Shown piece by piece: positions 53,915 through 64,000 of a stretch of DNA of 64,000 bases (the first letter of the stretch is position 1; every line of letters starts with the position of its first letter). Position numbers and translations under genes: made by a program. Source of the DNA: Octopus vulgaris (taxonomy: Eukaryota); the NCBI GenBank assembly GCA_951406725.2, contig OX597836.1:37076001-37140000 (forward strand), read 5' to 3'. The notes beneath the pieces were generated by a model, which ran no database searches, was not told where the DNA came from, and saw nothing but the letters and a program-made list of their open reading frames with translations.

Positions 53915-54969
53915 ATATATGTATGTATGTAGTTATGTATACACACACAATCACAAATAGATAAATAGATAGATAGATAGGTAAATAGATAGATAGATAC
54001 TTATATTATACACACACGACTATATGTATTTGTAAATATACATATGTATATATGTTTTGATGGATGTGTTTTACCAGTGTGTAGCAATTCCTTACCTTTA
54101 GAATCCATTACTTTCAGATCTGATTAGGAGTCGTGTTTCCTGATTTATGTATTATAATATCCCAAAGGGAAAATAATATCGGTTTCATCTATCCACGGTG
54201 GTGTACTTTGTCAGCTCTAATTACCCTGTACTCTATTCTGACGCGGCAACAGTCGTTTTGTTTCATCTTTGTCCGCTTTGGGAAAACCGTACATATTCTA
54301 AATTAAATTTCATGTAGTTATAGACAATATGGGAAAGAAATCAATTGTTGATATATCCATTAATATCTCTCATCTTCATAGAATTTCTTGCGAGAAATTG
54401 TTTGCAAATGAGATAATGAAAGTCTGAAAGGGTACGATAATGAACTTGTCTTAGTAGGGAATTGGATTTCAAAATGTATTGCCTAATAAAATAACTTCGG
54501 AATAATTATGTGTTACGAACTGTCCACCACTTGAATAAAATACATTATCTTAAAATATGTCCGTAATGGTATTATACTCTAGCAGATGAAACAATCTTGA
54601 ATTATAAATCTATTACTCATTCTTGCTTCAAAGCCCCAAAAGTGAAGCAATTCTTGTTATTGATATTGCTGTGTTTTAGCTCCAGTCTGGTTCTCATTGA
54701 GTTAACGTCACCATACCACCATTTTATGGAGAATCTTGCACTATGTTTTATAATACGCTTCCCCATTATTGAGAAAGTAGGTTATAATTTAAAGGAAATT
54801 CGTTGCTAACATAGTCGACTTAGGTGAGCTTCTTCACCTCCTACTTCTTCACGGTGGGATGAAGTGTTAAGATACATTTCACTTCTCTCTTTATTTATTT
54901 ATTTATTTATTATTTATTCATTCATTCATTTAGAGAAGTTTATTTCAGAAATATTTAGAAAATCTTCAT

Positions 54970-55306
54970 GGATTTGGATTTGGTTTGCAAGATTCTTTAT
55001 ATGAGTTCGTGTGCTGAAGCATATTCTGTTGTGTCTGGGGAGAGTCATTTTCTTTTTGTGCCTTATTATTTAACACACTCACCGGTAAAATGTCCACTTA
55101 TTTCTTACTTTCCTAAAATGTTCGTTGCGTCTTGCAACCTTTTCAATAGTCTTAACAACAGAATATGCTTCAACACACGAACTCATATAAATAATCTTGC
55201 AAACCAAATCAAAAAACGAAATACAATAAGCTTTAACCTCAAATTTTCTTTTTGTGCCTTATAATGTAACACACTCACCGGTAAAATTTCCACTTATTTC
55301 TTATTT
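54970..55306. mobile_element. Rearranged fold-back element of the 35130 family
   Basis: gatttggtttgcaagatt...attctgttg inverted against caacagaat...aatcttgcaaaccaaatc; minus strand cta-TTGAAAA-g-gttgc aagac gcaac-GAAC-attt-tag at ~55113-55149. Confidence 0.75.
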
Positions 55307-55564
55307 CATGCTATGATAATCGGTTTTGATTAGATTCTCACAGCAATTGTGAGAAAAGTATAGTTGTCGAGTACATAGACTTCACTACGTATATAGCATT
55401 TTATCTTATTTTATTGACACTTGAAAGATGGGGAAATCTTTTCAACAGAATTGGAACGCAAAACATAATCATCCAAATATAAAGAAAACCATGCACTCCG
55501 CCCCCGACGCTCCTAAGTTTCTCTCAGTTCACTGCCTTTCTGTACTTTATAACAATTCTTTATA

Positions 55565-55770
55565 ACCATAGGCACAAGGCTTCAAATTTGAGAGAGGGGA
55601 ATACTCGATTACATCGACCCCGGTGCATAGCTGGTACTTAATTTATCGATCCCCAAAGGATGAAAGCAAAGTGGGCCACGGCGGAACTGTAACTCAGAAT
55701 GTAACGACGGGCGAAATGCCACAAAGTATTTCGTACAACGTCCTAACGTTTCTGCCAACACGCCGCCCTC
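55565..55770 (-). mobile_element. Meta-like SINE, diverged
   Basis: ctggtacttaatttatcgatccccaaaggatgaaag...ctaacgtttctgcca. Confidence 0.8.
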
Positions 55771-55796
55771 CTACGTTATAATAATGAGAATAAAGC

Positions 55797-55831
<35 letters not shown>

Positions 55832-55832
<1 letters not shown>

Positions 55833-56216
55833 CTCTTTTACTCCTTTACTTGTTTCAGTCATTTGACTGCGGCCATGCTGGAGCACCACCTTTAATCGAG
55901 AAAACCGACCCCGGGACTTATTCTTTGTAAGCCCAGTACTTATTCTATCTGTCTCTTTTGCCGAACCGCTAGGTGATGGGGACGTAAACACACCAGCATC
56001 GGTTGTCAAGCAATGCTAGGGGACAAAGACAGACACACAAACACACACACATACACATATATACGACAGGCTTCCGTCTACCAAATCCACTCACAAGACA
56101 TTGGTCGGCCCGAGGCTGTAGCAGAAGACACTTGCCCAAGATGCCACGCAGTGGGACTGAACCCGGAACCATGTGGTTGGTTAGAAAGCTACTTACCACA
56201 CAGCCACTCCTGCGCC
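55832..56216 (-). mobile_element. CORE-like SINE
   Basis: Full-length reverse complement copy. Confidence 0.9.
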
Positions 56217-56225
56217 TATTTATAT

Positions 56226-56257
<32 letters not shown>

Positions 56258-56585
56258 CGTATATATATATATATACATACATAACGAAGACATGACACGA
56301 TGTAGGTAAAGAACTTTGATAAATTGAAAAGCTTACACGAAACCGGTTTTTCTCCAAAAACTTTGTTACTACACACAAAATTTTATAACATTTTTCTAAC
56401 ATAACGACTTAAATATATTTTTTAACCTTATAAAACAAGCCTTCTGTAGTTTTTTCACTCTTTTCTATTTTATATATATATATACATATGTACATATATA
56501 CACATACACACAAACACACATATATATATATATATTTCTATATTCGGTGTGTGGTGAGGCAATTCGTTGCTAAACCCTTAATTTA

Positions 56586-56657
<72 letters not shown>

Positions 56658-56659
56658 TA

Positions 56660-57136
<477 letters not shown>

Positions 57137-57339
57137 TTCTACGGATTGGTACAAGATGGCTTACACAAAATCAAATCTTCTTTACTTGTAACACATTCAG
57201 TCCCAGAGGTGGAACTAATTACTATTTTTTTTAGCCTTGGGAATTCGCTACATAATTCTGTATTGTGCAGACATTGGATTCAACTACATTAACCGCATGT
57301 GATCTATGAATGTTACGGGCACATCCATTTCAATCTGAA

Positions 57340-57815
57340 AGCACCGCCTTTATTCGAGCAAATTGACCTCGGGACTTAGTTTTTGTAAGTCTAGTACTTA
57401 TTCTAACGGTCTCTGTTGCTGAACCGCTAAGTGACGTCAACCTAAACACACCAGCATCAGTTGTGAAGCAATGCTAGGGGGACAAACATACACACAGATA
57501 TATATATATATACATATATACGACGGGCTTCTTTCAGTTTCCGTCTACCAAATACGCTCACAAGGCTCTGGTCGGCCCGAGGCTATAGTAGAAGACACTT
57601 GCCGAAGGTGTCACGCATTGGGACTGAACTCGGAACCATGTTGTTCTTAAAAAAGAGACAACGGAGGACAAAAATATTATTGTAAAATGAAAAACGATAA
57701 AGTCCGACTGAATAAGTACTAGGCTTACAAAGAATAAGTGCTGGGGTCGATTTGATTCGACTAAAGGCGGTGCTCCAGCATGACCGCAGTCAAATGATTG
57801 AAACAAGTAAAAGAA
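57340..57815. mobile_element. CORE-like SINE fragments in opposite orientations
   Basis: Minus-strand body 57340-57645; plus-strand tail 57710-57815. Confidence 0.8.
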
Positions 57816-57956
57816 AAAAAAAGAAAAAAACGACGGTGAATGAAACTTGTGAATCCCTCAGATTGTTATTGGTTTCAAAATATAGCAGAAGGCTAGTAAG
57901 TTTGTAGGGACGAGAGAAATAGATTACATCGGATCGAGTACCCATTTTATTACTTA

Positions 57957-58324
57957 CTAGCACTATGACCCGGCAACGGCGGGTCATAGTGCTAGTGCAT
58001 GCATATAAGGCTGCGTGCGTGCGCACATACACGCCAGTACTGTCCAAATATCCGACCATCACACACAGCTAGCTGGCATTCAATTGGCGTATCAAGTTTC
58101 GGGCATTTTGATTGGGTTTTGGATAAAAAAATTCACAAAAAGGTCACTTCTATTGATTTTTTAATAGCTTTCCGGGGTGACTGGGGAAATGTAAAAATGT
58201 GCACGACCACCCTTGGAGGGTATTAAATGACAATAGAAAGTGCGAGCCCTCTAACTGGAAAATTGTGGATTTGTATAAAGGACACACACACAGACAGACA
58301 TTTTGCCATTTATATATAGAGAGA
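57957..58324 (-). mobile_element. Non-autonomous Helitron inserted at A|T within an old Meta-like SINE
   Basis: Minus strand a|TCTCTCTATATATAAA...CTAG|t; long terminal hairpin ctagcactatgacccg..cgggtcatagtgctag; flanks rejoin as tactta|ttttatcaaccc..gaaaggtaaagt. Confidence 0.8.
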
Positions 58325-58719
58325 TTTTATCAACCCGTAAAGCTGAAAGGTAAAGTTGCCCTTGGTAGAATTTGAACACCATTTTGCCCTGTGTTTTAAA
58401 GATTCCACCGGCATGCTGCACTAATGACTGCCTTATTATTATAAAAAAACAAATATTGTAATATGATAAAACATTGGCGAAATATAGACTCCATTATATA
58501 GAAGTCATAATATAAGTGTTTATTTTTTTTATTAATTGCATCGTTTTATTATTTTTTTACGTGGTTTGTTTTGCCGATATCCGAGAACTGAAATGCAAAT
58601 CCACTCGGTTGAGATTTAAATGGCAATGACTTAACAAAACAGTGGCAACATTTAATCTGAATACACATGCATATATACAAATATATACGTATACACAGAT
58701 ATATACACATGGATATATG

Positions 58720-58783
<64 letters not shown>

Positions 58784-58805
58784 CCTATCTATCTATCTAT
58801 CTATT

Positions 58806-58861
<56 letters not shown>

Positions 58862-58940
58862 TGTGTGCTATGTCTAGATATATATACATACGTATATATA
58901 TATATATCCATATATATCTATATCTATATCTATATACGTA

Positions 58941-58993
<53 letters not shown>

Positions 58994-59083
58994 GGAGAGA
59001 GAGAGAGAGGGAGGGGGAGAGGGAGGGGCACTATGTTTAATGTAGTATTTTATATATGTAAAATATATGTTTCTATCTATGTG

Positions 59084-59123
<40 letters not shown>

Positions 59124-59581
59124 TATATATGAGCGTATATGCGTGTCTGTGTGCGTGTGATACTTGTTTATACATACAAACAGAACCACTCACACAAACG
59201 CAGGAACCAAATAAGCATTACAGGAAATGAAAGAGAGAACACAAGCAAAAATTGCAAACATATTGTCAATAACAAAATGCTGACAAGATATTTACGGCGG
59301 ATGAAGAAAGTGGAAAATGAAATTTCACTGGCGAATATAGGCTGCATGCAAATAAGCTAGATGAAAAGACACTTTCTTCCGTATATAATGCGATAAAGAA
59401 TCAATATCACACACACAGACACACACGCACATACATATTTACGTACATGCACATATATATATATACATACACGCATATATACATACATAAAGCAACGTAT
59501 ACATTTATTCCTTCATAGATGGCGTGTATTGCTCTCTCAAACAACAATGATAATGTACACACACGCCCGCACACGAATACA

Positions 59582-59614
<33 letters not shown>

Positions 59615-59619
59615 GCATG

Positions 59620-59701
<82 letters not shown>

Positions 59702-59931
59702 TATACATATTGGGTATGAAAACAAGATTGTGATACGTAAATTAGGATATAAATTAACTGAAAAATTTGATATTTTTCGCGAGATGCTTTTCAATGCGTA
59801 CACAGAAAATTCTATATTTCTGCTCGGATATTATTACATTGGTCGCAAATGTTATCATAACATTATAAACACACGAACACATTCCCATTATTACATTCAG
59901 GACAACAAAGCAAAACATATACACGCTTATA

Positions 59932-59978
<47 letters not shown>

Positions 59979-60129
59979 CGACCTTTTTGTTTAGTAAATG
60001 TTATAGTACAAAAAATTTATATTTTGTAATTCTTCATTGTACAAAAATTTACTTGAGTATTTAAAGAAATGAAAAACATTTAATGAAAATAAATTGCAGT
60101 AGTTTTGAGGAATTAGTTATTATTTTCTA

Positions 60130-60335
60130 CTCTAGGGACACTGCTCGAAATTATTGTGGAGGAGGCCCAGTCAATTAGATCGACCCCAGTACGCAACTGG
60201 TACTTAATTTATCCACCCCGAATGGATGAAAGGCAAAGTCGACCTCGGTGGAATTTGAAATCAGAACATAAACAGAGACGAAATATCGTTAAGCATTTCG
60301 CCTGACGAGCTAACCACTCTGCCAGCTCGCCGCCT
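60130..60335 (-). mobile_element. Meta-like SINE
   Basis: gatgaaaggcaaagtcgacctcgg...gccagctcgccgcct. Confidence 0.85.
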
Positions 60336-60769
60336 TGGAATTTATTAAATATTGCTCCATCAAAATAACAGAATTCATAATGAAAGAAAATTTAATTAAC
60401 ATGTTGAAAACACTCCCTCTCGTTTTCAGTACAATGCTGAATCCTTTCAGCAACACTGGTACAAACCTGTTGAGACATTTTCACGTTAATTATAGACAAT
60501 TTTTCAGAAATTGCTTTCGGTTTGAGGGAGTGAACAAGGTCTTCCAATACAACCACTAGAAAAAGTCAAGTGCTATTAGGTCTGACGATTGTGATGGCCA
60601 TTCAACTGCCCCACGTTGTCCTTTCAAACCTCGCCTCAAAATTAAGATTTAACCATTCCTGAAAGTTTTACCCATAGTGAGGTGGTGCATCATTCGATTG
60701 AAAGTAGAAAACGATAAAAATTATACAAATAAGAAAGGGCGTTACTTCTGCAGCTACCTAAATATATAC

Positions 60770-61186
60770 ATACTCTTTACTCTTTTACTCTTTTACTTGT
60801 TTCAGTCATTCGACTGTGGCCATGCTGGAGCACCGCCTTTAGTCGAGCAAATCGACCCCGGGACTTATTCTATGTAAGCCCAGTACTTATTCTATCGTTC
60901 TCTTTTGCCGAACCGCTAGGTGACGGGGACGTAAACACACCAGCATCGGTTGTCAAGCAATGCTAGGGGGACAAACACAGACACACGAACACATACACAC
61001 ACACAGACATATATACATATACACGACAGGCTTCTTTCAGTTTCCGTCTACCAAATCCACTCACAAGGCTTTGGTCGGCCCGAGGCTATAGAAGAAGACA
61101 CTTGCCCAAGATGCCATGCAGTGGGACTGAACCCGGAACCATGTAGTTGGTAAGCAAGCTACTTACCACACAGCTACTCCTGCGCC
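60770..61186 (-). mobile_element. CORE-like SINE
   Basis: Near-identical to 21930-22349. Confidence 0.9.
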
Positions 61187-61230
61187 TATATATATATAAA
61201 TATATATATAAATATGTATATATATATATG

Positions 61231-61261
<31 letters not shown>

Positions 61262-61299
61262 ATGTGTGTGTGTGTGTGTGTGTATGTGTGTGTATACCT

Positions 61300-62090
61300 A
61301 AATGCATTGAAGCAATGCATTTGTCCAGGTGCGTTTTCCACTATTCGAAGCGGTGCTGAAACTCTTGGAAAGTGATGCCCGTCGGTTTTTCTTCACCTCT
61401 TCAGCAACAGCAAATTCTGTAGCACAGATTTCATTACCATAGATAACCTTCGAAAAAAGGCGTGGATCAGCTCCCAACTGTTCTTTCGGATCACGACACG
61501 CATTGAATCATGACTGCTATTGATTTTCCCTGAGTGACGCACACATTTTGCTGCAGGTCTTTTCATTCGCATTTCCTCACCCAAAATTCGTTTTCAAGAC
61601 CTCCAGGACACATCGGTCATACCAACAAGCTCGTCAAATGTTTGCTGACGGCCCTCAAAGATCAGTTCGTGAATTTTCATGATGTTATCACTCGCTCGGG
61701 TGGTTGACAGTCGTCCTTAACGAGGTTGACCTTCAGGCGTCAAGTGACAGTTCCTGAGGCGTGGAAGCCAATTTTAAACTGACTTTGCTTATGGCAACGT
61801 CTTGTAAACTATTTCAAGCGTCACAACTTTATCGGCCGCCATTTCTCCCAGCGTAAAACAGAATTTCTTAGAATTTCACGCCGTTCCTTCATTTCATCCA
61901 TCATAAAATTCGATGGGAAAACGAGAAGCACGACAGAACAAAGACTATCGCGTGGGAAAACGACCGAGAACTACGGTCGGCAGACTGTTGCCTAAGGGTC
62001 ACATCAAGTGACTTCCAGCAGCGGAAGCATGAACTACAATGGGTTTGTCCCACAGAGAAAGTTTCCGGTTACTTTCCGGTAATTATCGTG
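61300..62090 (-). mobile_element. Decayed, deleted mariner (5' end and transposase N-terminal part)
   Basis: MDEMKERR..KFCFTLG; GRLSTT; RILGEEMRMKRPAAKCV (like ILxxxLGMRRVAAKFVP); end TA|cacgataattaccggaaagtaaccgg. Confidence 0.7.
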
Positions 62091-62409
62091 TATGCGAGTA
62101 TATGGAGATACAGGCAAAGACATATATACAACCATACAAAAAAACGTACATGCAAAGACTGACACACACACATACGCACACGCATACATATATACATACA
62201 CTCATTTACACATACGTTCACATCTATATACATATGCACACATGGCTACATCTCACATACATACATACACTCATACACGATTACATATACACACACATAT
62301 GCATACATAGATACAAGTAATTCGACTTAAGTCTCGTCTGGACTTAAGTCGTGTCTCCTAGAACCAATTAACGACCTAAGGTGAGGTATAACTTTATATA
62401 TATATATAT

Positions 62410-62446
<37 letters not shown>

Positions 62447-62504
62447 GAAGGAATATTATTCCAAACTTACAGGGAGAAATATATACGTTTTTATTATTTT
62501 GCAC

Positions 62505-62674
62505 GGGCACTGATATTGTGTCTAAAGCCAACTAGAGACGACGATCTCTTGGGGCTATAAAACTACAGTAACTTCCCCTCCCCAATGTGGTTAGCCATGA
62601 TAAGATGGCTTCTATACTTTACATTATCGAGCGATTACTGTTTCAATCTCATTCTGAGATTTAATTATGCCTAC
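62505..62674 (+). mobile_element. Permuted fragment of the 27645 retrozyme-like unit
   Basis: gggcactgatat...gacgacgatctcttggggctataaa...ttacattatcgagcgattactgtttcaatctc reads across the unit junction. Confidence 0.85.
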
Positions 62675-62704
62675 TTAATTATTGTTATATATTTAATCTA
62701 ATAT

Positions 62705-62733
62705 AGATAGATAGATAGATAGATTAGATAGAT

Positions 62734-62822
<89 letters not shown>
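62705..62822. repeat. (GATA)n microsatellite
   Basis: Direct reading. Confidence 0.97.
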
Positions 62823-62823
<1 letters not shown>

Positions 62824-63320
62824 TACCGATCAACTCTGCAGTTATTGTCGGTGATATGTTCAGCTTTTAATCACCAGCTATATTTTGTATTATTGCACAA
62901 CTATTTTATCCCTAACTCTATACATATATGTAGATATGTGTGAAGCTGCCATATATATAAAAATGTATACCTGTATGTGCATGAGTGTGTGTGAGTGTAT
63001 GCATGTGTGCTTTTGTGTATATGTGTGTGTGTGTGTGTGCATGCTTGCGTGTGTGTGTACTTAGAACACAGTGCCAGGTACATAAATGGGAAAAAATGGC
63101 TTATGTAGAATTATCGAACAATATATGTCTCCGCCTATATTTACATTTACAGAGAACTAGAATGTAATGGAAGAAACTATCTCCGTGTGTTGCATTAAAC
63201 AACACATTTTGACAGGGCTTACGTCATAACTAACGCAACAGATATAAATTTCTTCACTTTCCATGAAGTATATTGAATATGTCCATATATAAATATGTCC
63301 ATATATAAATATGTCCATAC

Positions 63321-63370
<50 letters not shown>

Positions 63371-63380
63371 ATACATATAT

Positions 63381-63412
<32 letters not shown>

Positions 63413-63472
63413 GTGTATATGTATGTATATATATGTATGTTTGTATTATATAAGCATGTATGCATGTTTGTA

Positions 63473-63533
<61 letters not shown>

Positions 63534-63833
63534 AAATTCAAAATGCGATAAAATAAAATTAATTATTTTCGCTGGTGTTTCTAGCACCGGCCATATATTA
63601 TTCATATATAAGTAGATTAAAGCCGAAGTATGTACTAGAAACACAGAAGCTTGATAAATTTAGTGAAATGAAGATAAAAACTTTTACTAACTCTGTTCAT
63701 CTTAGACTGCAGTTTCGCCTTTTTTCAGCAAAAAAATATAATATTTATTTACTCAGGTAGGCTCTTCGCTAAGAATCCTGTTATTATGAAGGGCAACTCG
63801 ATAGACACACGTGCGTCTAATAATTTGCTCCTT

Positions 63834-63894
<61 letters not shown>

Positions 63895-64000
63895 AACATT
63901 ATATATAGAGAGAAAGAGAATTCACAAAACGAAAAACAAAAGACGAAGACAGGTGGTCTAGACAACAAACAGATGTGCTAACGCTCTTCCACAGAAAGGA

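Overview
AT-rich, microsatellite-dense animal genomic DNA. The SINE and repeat repertoire looks like Octopus/coleoid cephalopod (recognition, not a database result). No host protein-coding exon could be supported; nearly all ORF-track entries are translations of (TA)n/(CA)n/(TATG)n repeats. Content: many tRNA-derived SINEs (four head/core types with swapped tails), one full-length decayed mariner (38918-40200), other Tc1/mariner remnants, two GG-terminated 8-bp-TSD MITEs, three non-autonomous Helitrons, fragments of CR1, RTE and RLE-type LINEs, and a Penelope-like RT-thumb/GIY-YIG fragment. The main unexplained theme is a dense set of unrelated short elements carrying minimal type-I hammerhead-ribozyme (HHR) motifs with palindromic stem III. 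Most form fold-back palindromes and several lie in (TA)n tracts. They include a head-to-head tRNA-promoter + HHR element at the axis of a ~4 kb inverted duplication (31142-35199) and a ~358-bp circularly permuted retrozyme-like unit with a U3:A8 core (27645-28076). All alignments and folds were done by eye.
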